64,000 nucleotides of DNA from Dehalococcoidia bacterium. Lineage in GTDB: Bacteria > Chloroflexota > Dehalococcoidia > Lucifugimonadales > JAGWBF01. The stretch covers positions 6,768 to 70,767 of the forward strand of contig OZ219934.1 of the NCBI GenBank assembly GCA_964291465.2. Direction: 5' to 3'. The translations under genes were made by a program, and so were the position numbers. The notes below the pieces were generated by a model. That model saw nothing but the letters and a program-made list of their open reading frames with translations, did not search any database and was not told the origin of the DNA. Below are positions 32,604 through 43,442 of the stretch, one piece after another. Within the stretch, counting starts at the first letter, position 1. Every line of letters begins with the position of its first letter.

Positions 32604-33659
32604 ATGGTTACGGAGAAAGCGAAGTCCCTGGACATCGCCATAGCGCAAATCGAACGGCAGTACGGCAAGGGCGCCATAATGCGGCTGGGGGAGATGGACC
32701 AGAAGCTGGGGACCGAGGTTGTCTCCACCGGGTCCCTGTCCCTGGACATCGCCCTGGGGGTCGGCGGCATACCCAGGGGCCGCGTGACCGAGATATACGG
32801 CACCGAGTCCGCGGGCAAGTCCACCCTGGCCCTGCACATAATGGCCGAGACCCAGAAGGACGGCGGGACGGCCGCCTACGTGGACGTGGAGCACGCGCTG
32901 GACCCCGCTTACGCCGCCAACTGCGGCGTGGACCTGGACGGCCTGCTCATTGCCCAGCCCGACAGCGCCGAGCAGGCCCTGGAGATAACCGAGTACCTGG
33001 TGCGCAGCGGCGGCGTGGACACGGTGGTCATTGACAGCGTGGCCGCCCTGGTCCCCAAGTCCGAGCTGGAGGGGGACATGGGGGACTCCCACGTCGGCCT
33101 CCAGGCCCGGCTCATGTCCCAGGCCCTGCGCAAGCTGACCGCCGCCATCCACCACTCCCACACCGCGGTGGTATTCATCAACCAGCTACGGGAGAAGGTG
33201 GGCGTGATGTACGGCAGCCCCGAGGTCACCCCCGGCGGCCGCGCCCTCAAGTTCTACAGCTCGGTGCGCATCGACCTGCGCCGCATAGAGTCCATCAAGC
33301 AGGGCTCGGACATACTGGGAAACCGGGTGCGGGCCCGGATCGTGAAGAACAAGGTGGCCCCGCCCTTCCGGGTCGCGGAGTTCGACATCATGTTCAACCG
33401 CGGCATCAACAAGATGGGCGACCTGCTGGACCTGGGAGTTGCCCGCAACATCGTGAAGAAGGCCGGGGCCTTCTACTCCTACGGCGACGCACGTCTGGGA
33501 CAGGGCAGGGAGAACTCCAAGGCGTTCCTGGACGAGCACCCGGAGGTGGCCCGGGAGATCGAGGGCCGCATCCGCGGGCTGGAGCCCAGCGTGGCGGAGC
33601 CCGCCAGGAACGGCGCCGGGGACCCCGCGGGCATCGGCGCCGCGGCGGAGACCGACTAA
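32604..33659 (+). CDS. recA: Recombinase RecA
   Basis: ATG 32604 follows [22 protein letters not shown]-loop GTESAGKST, ...[11 protein letters not shown]..., [28 protein letters not shown]. Confidence 0.95.
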   Translation: MVTEKAKSLDIAIAQIERQYGKGAIMRLGEMDQKLGTEVVSTGSLSLDIALGVGGIPRGRVTEIYGTESAGKSTLALHIMAETQKDGGTAAYVDVEHALDPAYAANCGVDLDGLLIAQPDSAEQALEITEYLVRSGGVDTVVIDSVAALVPKSELEGDMGDSHVGLQARLMSQALRKLTAAIHHSHTAVVFINQLREKVGVMYGSPEVTPGGRALKFYSSVRIDLRRIESIKQGSDILGNRVRARIVKNKVAPPFRVAEFDIMFNRGINKMGDLLDLGVARNIVKKAGAFYSYGDARLGQGRENSKAFLDEHPEVAREIEGRIRGLEPSVAEPARNGAGDPAGIGAAAETD

Positions 33660-33675
33660 CGGGGCTCCGGGGGAG

Positions 33676-34305
33676 TCACCGGACCCGGATCACCGCCATG
33701 TAGTAGGCCAAGGCCGAGGGTAGCAGGAGAAGCAGCGGGAAGGCCTGGATCGTCAACACGACGGTGAGCACCGAGAGCGTGACCCCCACCACCGCGATGA
33801 CGACCAACCCCCGCCCTCGTTTCCGGTTGGACATGAGGCTGACGGCCTCCCCTACGGCGAACCCCGCCCCGCCGGCCAGCAGCCAAGGAAGGAATGGAAT
33901 CCCCAGGGTGAGGGCCCACAGGACCCCGCCCACTATCCCCACCATCACCGACGCCACCGAGGCGCGCAGATAGTAGCCGGTGGACACGTCGTAGGTGGGA
34001 TGCCTGGTCACCCGGGCGCAGTCCCGGCAGCGCGCCCCCACCGGCGTCTGGATCATGCAGCGGGGGCAGATGTACTGGCCGCACTTGCCGCAGGCCAGGC
34101 CCGTCTCCACCTCGGGGTGGAAGGTGCACCGGTGAAAGCCGTACTGCGCCTCCTCCGAGGCGGCCGGCGAGGCGGCCGGCGAGGCATCCGGCGAATCGCC
34201 GGGCTGGGGCTCCACCGCCCCTCCGCAACTGGTGCAGTACCGCGCCTCGGGCCTGTTCTCCGCACCGCAGGCGCGGCATGTTATCGGGCTAGCTGACGGT
34301 CCCAT
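33676..34305 (-). CDS. Zinc-ribbon / B-box-like membrane protein (hypothetical)
   Basis: N-terminal CRACG...CTSCG ribbon, a second Cys/His cluster (CTFHP...CGKCGQYICPRC...CRDC), then four hydrophobic helices. Confidence 0.6.
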   Translation of the reverse strand: MGPSASPITCRACGAENRPEARYCTSCGGAVEPQPGDSPDASPAASPAASEEAQYGFHRCTFHPEVETGLACGKCGQYICPRCMIQTPVGARCRDCARVTRHPTYDVSTGYYLRASVASVMVGIVGGVLWALTLGIPFLPWLLAGGAGFAVGEAVSLMSNRKRGRGLVVIAVVGVTLSVLTVVLTIQAFPLLLLLPSALAYYMAVIRVR

Positions 34306-34975
34306 CCCGTTCCCCCGGGCCCCGGTTCACCCATGCCGCGTGCTCGGCCACGTCCCGGTCCATGATCAGGCGGTTCAGGAGCACCCGCATCCTGGGGATG
34401 TCCGGCGGCATGGGGGCCAGGTTGGCATGCAGCCGCTTGAGGCCGGTCACTACGACGATGCCCGCACAGAACCACGCCACGGAAGCGGGCTCGCCCAACA
34501 CGACGGCAGCCACGGGCAGGAGTAAAAGGGCGATGAGCACCCACACCCCCGAGCTCCGGAACAGCGCCCAGCCCCCTATGGCCACCGCGGCGAACACCAC
34601 CAGCTCCTTCCAGGCCAGTGCGCCCAGGGCCCCTATGGCAACGCCCACGGCCCGGCCGCCCCCGAATTTCAGGAGAATCGACCAGTTGTGGCCTACCATG
34701 GACATGAGGGGCGCGCCCATGAGGGCATATGACGACCTGTCCAAGTCCAGCACGAAAATCCCGATCCACACGGGAGAAGCGCCCTTGCCGAACAACTCGA
34801 ACACCCCCAGCAGGATGCCCCACCCCTTGCCGACGTTGTGGAAGACGTTGGTGCCGCCCACGTTGCCGCTGCCATAGAGACGGATGTCGATGCCCTTGAC
34901 CATGCGTCCCAGGATGTACGCCGTCGGCACGGACCCAATCAGGTACGAGTACAGGTAGAGTGCGGCCAGCTCCAT
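34289..34975 (-). CDS. plsY: Glycerol-3-phosphate acyltransferase PlsY
   Basis: YLIGSVPTAYILG ... YGSGNVGGTNV ... polytopic. Confidence 0.9.
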   Translation of the reverse strand: MELAALYLYSYLIGSVPTAYILGRMVKGIDIRLYGSGNVGGTNVFHNVGKGWGILLGVFELFGKGASPVWIGIFVLDLDRSSYALMGAPLMSMVGHNWSILLKFGGGRAVGVAIGALGALAWKELVVFAAVAIGGWALFRSSGVWVLIALLLLPVAAVVLGEPASVAWFCAGIVVVTGLKRLHANLAPMPPDIPRMRVLLNRLIMDRDVAEHAAWVNRGPGERDGTVS

Positions 34976-35004
34976 GGATGCTCCGCTCGTCGATACCCGG
35001 GCCC

Positions 35005-35850
35005 CTAGGCTGGGATGGACACCGGCCGGGTCGCCAGCTCCCGCAGCCTGTCCACCGTGTCCAGGGGCGGCCCCATGTTGCCGGGCAGGGGCTCTCCCTT
35101 GTTGCCCAACCCATGATAGTCGCTGCCTCCGCAGGCCAGCAGCCCGTGATTGGCCGCGACGGCCGCAAGCTCCCCGATCTGCTCCGGCGAGTACTGGGCG
35201 TAGTAGACCTCCATGCCGACCAGCCCCGCCCTCTTCAGCTCCTCCAGGGTCGGGTCAAGGTCCGGCATCCACCCGGGGTGCGCAACGACTGCGGCGCCCC
35301 CCCAGTCGCGGATCAGCTCCACGGCCTGCACCGGCGTGAGCTTCTCCCGCTCCACGTAAGCGGGCCCGTTTCTGCCGATGTAGGCGTCGAAGGCCTCCCG
35401 GGGCTCCTTGATGTAGCCCTTCTCCACCATGGCCAGCGCCAAGTGAGGCCGCCCCACCGCGCCCTCGCCTGCGATGGCCTGCACCCGGTCCCACTCGATC
35501 TCTATGCCCAGCTCCCCCAGCTTCTCCACCATCTTTCGCGCCCGGTCCAGCCTCCCCTCCCGGAATCGCGCCAACCGCTCCTGCACGCCGGGGTCCGTGT
35601 ACTGGATGTAGTAGGCCAGGACGTGTATCTCGTTGCCGGGCACGTCGGTGCTGAGCTCTATCCCCGGCACCACACGGAGGTCCGGATAGGCGGAGGCGGC
35701 TTCCAAGGCCTCCGCCAGCCCCTCGGTGGAGTCGTGGTCCGTCACCGCCACGGCCCTGAGCCCTCGCCGGGCCACCAGCTCCATGAGCTGGGTGGGCGTC
35801 AGGCGCCCGTCGGAGGCCGTGGTGTGAAGATGGAGGTCGGCGATGGGCAT
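35005..35850 (-). CDS. PHP-domain metal-dependent phosphoesterase
   Basis: ADLHLHTTASDG ... AVTDHDS ... GIELS ... GGSDYHG. Confidence 0.85.
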   Translation of the reverse strand: MPIADLHLHTTASDGRLTPTQLMELVARRGLRAVAVTDHDSTEGLAEALEAASAYPDLRVVPGIELSTDVPGNEIHVLAYYIQYTDPGVQERLARFREGRLDRARKMVEKLGELGIEIEWDRVQAIAGEGAVGRPHLALAMVEKGYIKEPREAFDAYIGRNGPAYVEREKLTPVQAVELIRDWGGAAVVAHPGWMPDLDPTLEELKRAGLVGMEVYYAQYSPEQIGELAAVAANHGLLACGGSDYHGLGNKGEPLPGNMGPPLDTVDRLRELATRPVSIPA

Positions 35851-36626
35851 CAGGCCAGGGTCCTGTCAACCCGCTGTATCCCGGTGGCCACACCCCGGTC
35901 CTCGTCCACGTCTACCAGGACCGAGTTGAGGACCACCGGCCCTGCGGCCACGGTGAGCTTTCGGGGCATCTGGGTCAGGAAGCCCCTGAGCACGCCCTCG
36001 GGCTCGCACCCGATGACCGAGTCCCGGGGCCCGGCCATGCCCAGGTCCGTGACGAAGGCGGTGCCGTTGGGCAGGATGCGGGCGTCGGCCGTGGGGACGT
36101 GTGTATGGGTGCCCACGACGGCGGACACGCGGCCGTCGAGGTACCACCCCATCGCCTGCTTCTCCGAGGTGGCCTCGCCGTGGAAGTCCACGATGACCGC
36201 CTTGGGGGCGTTGGGGCCCCCGGCCTGCTCCTCCAGCAGCCGGTCGGCCGCGCGGAAGGGGCAGTCCAGCGTGTTCATGAACACCCGGCCCATGAGGTTC
36301 AGCACCAGGGTGTCGCCGATGCGGATGTGGCCCCGGCCGGGGGCGCCTTCCGGGTAGTTGGCCGGCCGGATGAGGGGCCACTCCTCCTCGATGTACGGGA
36401 CTATCTCCTTCTGCTTCCAGATGTGGTTCCCCGACGTGATCACGTCCACGTCGCTCTCCAGGAGCTCCTGGGCCGTGCCCGGGGTTATGCCGAAGCCGCC
36501 GGCCGTGTTCTCGCCGTTGGCGATGACCAGGTCGATCCCCATCTCCTGGCGGAGGCCGGGTACCAGGGCGCGCACGGCCCTGCGGCCTGGTTTTCCGATT
36601 ACGTCACCTATGAGCAGAATGCGCAA
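35850..36626 (-). CDS. ymdB: YmdB-type 2',3'-cyclic-nucleotide phosphodiesterase (TIGR00282 family metallophosphoesterase)
   Basis: RILLIGDVIGKPGR ... VIANGENTAGGFGIT ... TSGNHIW ... GTHTHVPTAD. It lies downstream of rny, as in Firmicutes. Confidence 0.9.
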   Translation of the reverse strand: MRILLIGDVIGKPGRRAVRALVPGLRQEMGIDLVIANGENTAGGFGITPGTAQELLESDVDVITSGNHIWKQKEIVPYIEEEWPLIRPANYPEGAPGRGHIRIGDTLVLNLMGRVFMNTLDCPFRAADRLLEEQAGGPNAPKAVIVDFHGEATSEKQAMGWYLDGRVSAVVGTHTHVPTADARILPNGTAFVTDLGMAGPRDSVIGCEPEGVLRGFLTQMPRKLTVAAGPVVLNSVLVDVDEDRGVATGIQRVDRTLA

Positions 36627-36764
36627 GGGTACCTACACTGTCCTTTTTCCCAGCATCAACCGGGGCCCCTGCCGTCGGATCGAGACCCTCACAGCGGCGG
36701 CCCCGGCGTCAAATGCTCTCGCGATGGCCGGTCTTCCCGATGACCTGTGCCCGGGCCGGCCCCC

Positions 36765-38249
36765 CTACCGGGCGAACTCGACGGAGCGGGTCTCCCGGAT
36801 GACCGTCACCTTGATCTGCCCCGGGAACACCAGGTCTTCCTCTATCTTCTTGGCGATGTCGCGGGCGAGGACCGAGGCGTTTCCGTCATCTATGTTGTCC
36901 GGCTTCACCATTATCCGGACTTCGCGCCCGGCCTGTATGGCGAAAGCCTTCTCGATGCCGCCGAAGCTGGTGGCCACGTTCTCCAGCGCCTCCAGCCGCT
37001 TCACGTAGTGCTCCAGGGACTCCTTCCGGGCGCCGGGCCTGGCCGCGCTGATGGCGTCGGCGGTGGCCACAAGGAACGCCTCCACGGAGCCCCTCTCCTC
37101 GTCGTGGTGCTCCATGATGGCCCTGTGCACCTCGGCGTGTATGCCGAACTTGCGGGCTATGTCCGCGCCTATCTCCGCGTGGGGCCCGTCCACCTCGTGG
37201 GTGAGGGACTTGCCGATGTCGTGGAGCAGGCCGCCGGCCTTGGATACTTCGATGTTGGCGCCTATCTCCGCGGCCAGCATGCCGGCCAGCAGGGACACCT
37301 CCACGGAGTGCTGCAGGACGTTCTCCCCGTAGCTGTACCGGTACTTCAGGCGTCCCAGCAGCTTGATCAGCTCCGGGTTGAGCCCGGCCACGCCGGCCTC
37401 GAAGACCGCCTTCTCACCCTCCCGCTCGATGGTCTCGTCCATCTCCTTGCGGGTGCGCTCCACCATATCCTCGATGCGGGCGGGCTGTATCCGGCCGTCC
37501 TGCACCAGCTTCTCCAGGGTCAGGCGCGCCATCTCCCGGCGCACCGGGTCAAAGCAGGACACGGTAACCACCTCGGGGGTGTCGTCGATGATGACATCCA
37601 CCCCGGTGAGGGCTTCCAGCACCTTGATGTTCCGGCCCTCCCGCCCGATGAGACGCCCTTTCATGTCGTCGTTGGGCAGGCGGACTACGGACGTGGTGTG
37701 CTCGGACACCACGTCGGTGGCCAACCTCTGTATGGCCAGTGTAACGACCCGACGGGCCTTCTGGTCCGCTTCTTCTGCCATCTGCCGCTCTAGGTCGTAG
37801 TAGCGGCGGGCAAGCTCGTGCTTCATCTCATCTTCGGACTTCTTGAAGATGATGTCCCGGGCCTCAGCCGCGGTCAGACGAGCGACTTCTTCCAGCTGCC
37901 TGAGTTGTTGGGCCTTGATCTCTTCGATCTCTTGCTTGTGGGTCTCCAGGTCCCGTTCTCTGGTGCCGAGGGCCTCCTCTTGACGTTCCAGGCTCTCGGT
38001 CCTTCGCTCCAGGCTCTCCTCTCTCTGGAGGTGTCTCTTCTCCTGTCTCTGAAGCTCCCGTCGCCTCTCCTTGAGGTCCGACTCCACCGAAGAACGGGTC
38101 TTTAGGGCATCTTCCCTGGCCTCGAGGAGGAGCTTCTTCTTCTCCTCCTCGGCCTCGGTTAGTATCCTCTGGGCTTCCTCTCTAGCAGCTTTAGAGCGTC
38201 CAGCACCCGCTAGGCCGGCAAGGAATTTAAGGATGTTCAACCCGATCAC
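36765..38249 (-). CDS. rny: Ribonuclease Y
   Basis: GTG 38249 follows AAGGAAGG. N-terminal anchor, Glu/Lys coiled coil, KH domain (IGREGRNIKVLEALTG) and HD domain (LLHDIGK). Confidence 0.9.
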   Translation of the reverse strand: MIGLNILKFLAGLAGAGRSKAAREEAQRILTEAEEEKKKLLLEAREDALKTRSSVESDLKERRRELQRQEKRHLQREESLERRTESLERQEEALGTRERDLETHKQEIEEIKAQQLRQLEEVARLTAAEARDIIFKKSEDEMKHELARRYYDLERQMAEEADQKARRVVTLAIQRLATDVVSEHTTSVVRLPNDDMKGRLIGREGRNIKVLEALTGVDVIIDDTPEVVTVSCFDPVRREMARLTLEKLVQDGRIQPARIEDMVERTRKEMDETIEREGEKAVFEAGVAGLNPELIKLLGRLKYRYSYGENVLQHSVEVSLLAGMLAAEIGANIEVSKAGGLLHDIGKSLTHEVDGPHAEIGADIARKFGIHAEVHRAIMEHHDEERGSVEAFLVATADAISAARPGARKESLEHYVKRLEALENVATSFGGIEKAFAIQAGREVRIMVKPDNIDDGNASVLARDIAKKIEEDLVFPGQIKVTVIRETRSVEFAR

Positions 38250-38305
38250 CCTTCCTTTCCGCCTAGGCAAAATGGTTCAGGGGTCTTCCCGCCCCTGACC
38301 AAATC

Positions 38306-38334
38306 ATCATAACCGTGACCCCCATGAGTGTCAA
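38306..38334 (-). promoter_or_regulatory. Sigma-70-like promoter for rny
   Basis: On the minus strand: TTGACA (38334-38329), 17-nt spacer, TATGAT (38311-38306). Confidence 0.55.
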
Positions 38335-38457
38335 GGAGAACGGCGCCCGCCATAGGCGTGTCCGGAGCGTGGCAGGCACTGCGGAGTAGGCACGGAGTGT
38401 CGCCTGTGATACCATGTTTTTCGGCGGGCCGGCGCCCGGAGCGCGGGCCCCTCCGAG

Positions 38458-39312
38458 GTGACATGGGTGGTCCATGACAACGGCCAGGGAAGGGCCCTCC
38501 GGGACCTGCGGCTGCTGGAGGGTGAGCGCATCGAGGACCGGTTCGTCCCGGACACCGGGTCCGTCCCCGACACGCCGGCCAGCGGACCGCTGCTGGTCCT
38601 GACCAGCCACCGGATCATCTCCTTCAAAGACGGTGACGGCGACAAGAGTGCTTCGGCCGCTGTCGTCGCCGAGCTGCAGGGGGTCTCAGTCAAGGCCAAC
38701 ACCAGGGGGCTCCGGGACCTGGTCCAGGGCCTGTTCCTGGTGCTGGGAGGCATTCTCAGCTACATAGTCCTGGGGTACATCCTGGACGGCATAACCGTAG
38801 CCCTGGCCCTGGGCGCGGCCATCGCCCTCGTCGGTGTCCTCTTCATCGGCAAGTACCTGATCTGGGAGGAAGACGGCAGCGTCACCTTCGTCGCGGGCGG
38901 TTGGCAGACGTCCTTCACCTACCAGAACGACCGGGCAAGCTCGGACCTGTACAGGCTGATCGACAGGTGCTTCCAGCTAAAGCTCGACACCGAAGACGCG
39001 GCGCCAACCCATCAGCCCGACACGCACCCCGAGGAAGCGCCCGTCCTGGCGCCATCCACCGTGGCCCTTCCGGATGCGGAGGCGGCGCCGGCCACCATGG
39101 CCCTAACGAATGCAGAAGAGGGGGCGGAGGCGACCCCGGCCGCCGTGGAGCCCCTGGGAGTGGTCGACGGACCGCCCCAATCCCCGTCGGAGGGGCCAAC
39201 GGAGCCTTCGCGCGCCGCCAACGACGCGGCCCGCGGGGTCTACCGGCCCTCGTGGAGCCGGAGCGGCACGGGCAACGACCCATGGCCCCCGCCCCGCACC
39301 GGGACTGGCTGA
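38458..39312 (+). CDS. Hypothetical membrane protein with Pro/Ala-rich C-terminal tail
   Basis: GTG start. A PH-like N-terminal segment (LLVLTSHRIISF), two TM helices, then a low-complexity tail. Confidence 0.5.
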   Translation: MTWVVHDNGQGRALRDLRLLEGERIEDRFVPDTGSVPDTPASGPLLVLTSHRIISFKDGDGDKSASAAVVAELQGVSVKANTRGLRDLVQGLFLVLGGILSYIVLGYILDGITVALALGAAIALVGVLFIGKYLIWEEDGSVTFVAGGWQTSFTYQNDRASSDLYRLIDRCFQLKLDTEDAAPTHQPDTHPEEAPVLAPSTVALPDAEAAPATMALTNAEEGAEATPAAVEPLGVVDGPPQSPSEGPTEPSRAANDAARGVYRPSWSRSGTGNDPWPPPRTGTG

Positions 39313-39379
39313 GCCGGCGCCCCGCGTCAACACCCCCAGGGTCAACACCCCGGGCCAGCTCCCCGGATCAACGCCCCGA

Positions 39380-40426
39380 TCAACCCAGGGAAAGGCCCGG
39401 GTCCACGTCGATGTCCGGGGGGTCCCCGCCCCGCAGCTCCATCTGGAACCGGGCGCACGCAGCGATCATGGCCCCGTTGTCCGTACACAGCACCGGACGC
39501 GGTATCAGCGCGGGCACCGGGGCCGCCTCAGCCATGCGCTTTCTCAGCAGCGCGTTGGCGGTCACGCCTCCCCCGAGGACGATGCCCCTGGCGCCCCACT
39601 TCTCCGCGGCATCCACTGTCTTGCGCACCGCGACGTCCACCACCGACTCCTGGAAGGCCGCGGACAGCTCCCTGACCACACGGTCCAGCCGCTCCGCCGG
39701 GACGGAGGTCGGGTCGGGATAGACCTGGGCGGCCTGGGCCATGTGCAGCAGGGCGGTCTTCACGCCGCTGAAGCTGAAGTCCAGACTCCCCCTCAGCCAG
39801 GCGCGGGGCAGCCTCTCCTCGCCCAACGCTCCCTCGGACGCCTTCTGTATCTCGGGGCCTCCGGGGAAACCCAACCCCAGGATGCGGGCCGCCTTGTCAA
39901 AGGCCTCACCCGCGGCGTCGTCCCGCGTCCTGCCCAGGAGGCGGTACTCGCCGTGGCCCTCCATCAGCACCAGGTCCGTGTGGCCTCCCGAGGCGATCAG
40001 GCACACCAGGGGGAAGCCCGGAGACTCCGCCGGGTCCTCCGGGGGGTCCGCCTCCCGGGGATGGAGCCAGGCAGCGTATATGTGCCCCTCCAGGTGATTG
40101 ACTCCCAGGAAGGGGACTCCCAGCGACAGGGCAAGGGACTTGGCGAAGTTGACCCCCACCAGCAGGGCCCCGGCCAGACCCGGGCCGTGGGTCACCGCAA
40201 CGGCGTCCACGTCCTCGAAGGAGACCCCCGCGTCCTCCAGGGCCCGGTCCACCGTGGGCGCGATGTCGATCACGTGCTGCCGGGAGGCAACCTCGGGTAC
40301 GACGCCGCCGTACTGGGCGTGTATCTTCACCTGGGATGCGATGACGTTGGAGAGCAGGCGCCGCCCGTCCTCCACCACCGAGGCCGCCGTCTCGTCGCAG
40401 GATGTCTCTATGCCAAGTATCTTCAT
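39380..40426 (-). CDS. tsaD: tRNA N6-adenosine threonylcarbamoyltransferase TsaD
   Basis: ATG 40426 opens MKILGIETSCDETAASVV. Also HLEGH and GGVTAN motifs. Confidence 0.9.
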   Translation of the reverse strand: MKILGIETSCDETAASVVEDGRRLLSNVIASQVKIHAQYGGVVPEVASRQHVIDIAPTVDRALEDAGVSFEDVDAVAVTHGPGLAGALLVGVNFAKSLALSLGVPFLGVNHLEGHIYAAWLHPREADPPEDPAESPGFPLVCLIASGGHTDLVLMEGHGEYRLLGRTRDDAAGEAFDKAARILGLGFPGGPEIQKASEGALGEERLPRAWLRGSLDFSFSGVKTALLHMAQAAQVYPDPTSVPAERLDRVVRELSAAFQESVVDVAVRKTVDAAEKWGARGIVLGGGVTANALLRKRMAEAAPVPALIPRPVLCTDNGAMIAACARFQMELRGGDPPDIDVDPGLSLG

Positions 40427-40495
40427 GTCCGCACCGTGCATGATAGGCCCGTCGTCACGCCCCGTCAACGACGGGTGCCGTCCCAAAATCCCCCC

Positions 40496-40810
40496 CTAGC
40501 CGATCTGGGGAGTAGGATAGCCCCGGGACCAGGGGAGGAGGGTGTGGAGGAGGGTATCGACGTCGGGCTCGGCGCCCCGGCTGAGACACCTCTCCAGGTA
40601 TTTGTGGACCGCCATGAAGGTGGGTAGCCCGTAGCCGGCGGAGACCACACGGTCTATGAAGGCACGACTGTTGGGCGGGGCGAGGCGCTCGACCAGGGCG
40701 GCGTGGTACTGGATACAGTACTCGTAGACCAAGCGGTATAGGCGCAGGAGGGCGAGGGGGCGGGCCATCTTCCTGCGGAGTGCGTTGACGCGGGCTCTGA
40801 GTGCATTCAT
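40496..40810 (-). CDS. Hypothetical protein
   Basis: ATG 40810 follows AGGAGA. The 104-aa helical product is MNALRARVNALRRKMARPLALLRLYRLVYEY... No family recognised. Confidence 0.45.
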   Translation of the reverse strand: MNALRARVNALRRKMARPLALLRLYRLVYEYCIQYHAALVERLAPPNSRAFIDRVVSAGYGLPTFMAVHKYLERCLSRGAEPDVDTLLHTLLPWSRGYPTPQIG

Positions 40811-40880
40811 ATCAGTGTTCTCCTGGCTGAGTCTTGTCGGGTGGGACGATGGGGGCTCTCCATGCCGGAAATTTTCAGTT

Positions 40881-40910
40881 TCCCTCTCATTTCCTCTCAT
40901 TTTCTCCCAT
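40881..40910. repeat. Three phased 10-nt direct repeats T(C/T)(C/T)CTC(T/C)CAT
   Basis: TCCCTCTCAT / TTCCTCTCAT / TTTCTCCCAT are contiguous. They lie between the hypothetical gene (-) and the response-regulator gene (+). Confidence 0.85.
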
Positions 40911-40913
40911 TTA

Positions 40914-41008
40914 GCCCTCACGCCGTCCCTCTCCCACATGGAGAGGGAGAATGGATAGGTGGGCCCTCACCCCTGCCCTCTCCCGAGGGAGAGGGAGACC
41001 GGATAGGT
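40914..41008. repeat. Tandem pair of REP-like palindromic elements
   Basis: Two ~47-nt copies, GCCCTCAC..CCCTCTCCC-loop-GGAGAGGGAGA..GGATAGGT, at 40914-40960 and 40963-41008. The copy 1 stem is TCCCTCTCC/GGAGAGGGA (40926-40948). Confidence 0.8.
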
Positions 41009-41237
41009 ATTATGGTAGGACAAGGTTGGGTGGTTGGGAAGGAGCGAGTGTCACCGGGATGACGGCGTGGAGGGCGAAGATGTTTTCTCCTGTTGGAGGG
41101 AGATTCGGGGCTGTTGGAGGGGAGCCTCGGGCCTGTCCGGTTGCCCCCCGGCCGGCAATGTCTTAACATTTCCTTAAGAGGCCCCTGGCTACAATTACCA
41201 GAGGGGCGGTGCAAGAGGGCCGGCGGGAGGTCAGGCC

Positions 41238-41933
<696 letters not shown>

Positions 41934-41937
41934 GCCG

Positions 41938-43293
41938 TTGCTGTACAGCATCCGCTGGCGGCTCCTCCTCAGCTTTCTGCTGGTCATAGCAGTGACCCTG
42001 GGCATGGCAGCCCTCTTCGTCAGCCAGGCCGCCAGCGCGGAGCTGGAGCGGTTCCAGACACAGAACGATGCCATCCGGTCCGAGCGGCTCAGGGCCATGC
42101 TGGCGGAGCAGTACGCCGAGCACCAGAGGTGGCACGCCGCCCAGGAGATACTGGAGGGGATCGGTCAGATCTACTCCCAGCGGGTGGTGGTGGTCAACAA
42201 CAGGGGCCAGGTGGTGGGCGACTCCCGCCGGACCCTCATGGGCCGGGTGATCCTGCCCCACATCGGAAGCGAGCTGGAGCTGACCGTGATGGGGCCCGGG
42301 GGCAACATGGGCACCATGCTGGTCAACCCGGACCCGCTGCCCGGCGACACCCAGGCGCCGCTGCCCGAGGCCAACCTGCCCTCCATCAACCGGTTCCTCA
42401 TCTGGAGCGGGCTGCTGACCGTCGGCCTCGCCGCGGTCCTGACCTTCCTCCTGTCCAGGCGCATCCTCGCGCCGGTGGAGGGGCTCTCCCGGGCGGCCAA
42501 GGCCCTGGCCCGGGGCGAGTTCTCCCGGCGGGTATCGGTCACCTCGAGGGACGAGGTGGGGGAGCTGGGCCGGACCTTCAACGCCATGGCCGCGGAGCTG
42601 GCCACCACCGAGGAGATGCGGCGCGGCATGGTGGCCGACGTGGCCCACGAGCTGCGCACCCCCCTCTCCAACATCAGGGGCTACCTGGAGGGCATCAGGG
42701 ACGGCGTGGTATCCGCCAACCCCGGCACGCTGGCCTCCATGCACGAGGAGGTGCTGCTGCTGACCCGCCTCATAGACGACCTCCAGGAGCTGGCCCTGGC
42801 CGAGTCGGGACAGATGCACCTGTACCTCCAGCCCTGCGACCTGGCCGACCTCACCAGGCGAGCCGCCGCGGGAGTGCAGCCCAACGCGGAGTCCAAGGGG
42901 ATCACCCTGACCACGGACATAGCCGGAGAGGCGCCCGTGAACGCCGACCCGGAGCGCATAGGCCAGGTGCTGCGGAACCTCCTGGCCAACGCGGTCAACT
43001 ACACCGACTCCGGCGGCTCAGTAAGGGTGGTCCTTCGCCGCATGGAGGACCTCGCCCAGGTCCGCGTCGAGGACACGGGACCCGGCATCGCCGAAACGGA
43101 CCTTCCCCACGTGTTCGAGCGTTTCTACAGGGTGGACAAGTCCAGGTCCCGCTCCACCGGCGGCGTCGGCCTTGGCCTGACCATCGCCAGGCGACTGGTG
43201 GATGCCCACGGCGGGAGCATGGCGGTCGAAAGCGCCGTCGGCGAGGGCAGCACCTTCAGCTTCACCCTGCCCCTGCACGAGACCCAGGCCTAA
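41938..43293 (+). CDS. Sensor histidine kinase (TM-sensor-TM-HAMP-HisKA-HATPase)
   Basis: TTG start 4 nt after the regulator's stop codon. H-box [13 protein letters not shown]-box [10 protein letters not shown]-boxes DTGPGI and [10 protein letters not shown]. Confidence 0.9.
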   Translation: MLYSIRWRLLLSFLLVIAVTLGMAALFVSQAASAELERFQTQNDAIRSERLRAMLAEQYAEHQRWHAAQEILEGIGQIYSQRVVVVNNRGQVVGDSRRTLMGRVILPHIGSELELTVMGPGGNMGTMLVNPDPLPGDTQAPLPEANLPSINRFLIWSGLLTVGLAAVLTFLLSRRILAPVEGLSRAAKALARGEFSRRVSVTSRDEVGELGRTFNAMAAELATTEEMRRGMVADVAHELRTPLSNIRGYLEGIRDGVVSANPGTLASMHEEVLLLTRLIDDLQELALAESGQMHLYLQPCDLADLTRRAAAGVQPNAESKGITLTTDIAGEAPVNADPERIGQVLRNLLANAVNYTDSGGSVRVVLRRMEDLAQVRVEDTGPGIAETDLPHVFERFYRVDKSRSRSTGGVGLGLTIARRLVDAHGGSMAVESAVGEGSTFSFTLPLHETQA

Positions 43294-43360
43294 GACGCCC
43301 CAACAACCCTCGCCACCACCCACCCCGCGGCGCCCATGGGCGTGCTGTGACAACCTCCGC

Positions 43361-43390
43361 TTGACCGGTCCATCGGGCCGCGTATATATT
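43361..43390 (+). promoter_or_regulatory. Sigma-70-like promoter for the LLM oxidoreductase gene
   Basis: TTGACC (43361-43366), then TATATA at 16 nt or TATATT at 18 nt (43383-43390). Confidence 0.5.
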
Positions 43391-43442
43391 CCCTCCATGA
43401 TCCCCCCCTGCACGCGTACGACCCCATCCGAGCGGCCCTGAC

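Noticed and set aside
39326-39386. Short GTCAACACCCC / GATCAAC(G)CCC direct repeats between the Pro-rich hypothetical gene and tsaD.
   Set aside because: The copies are degenerate and the last ones lie inside the tsaD coding end. This is most simply low-complexity sequence at a convergent junction.
41161-41179. Inverted repeat TCTTAA-N7-TTAAGA upstream of the response-regulator gene as its operator.
   Set aside because: OmpR-family proteins normally bind direct repeats, not inverted ones. The site is short and AT-rich. The phased direct repeats at 40881-40910 are the better candidate.
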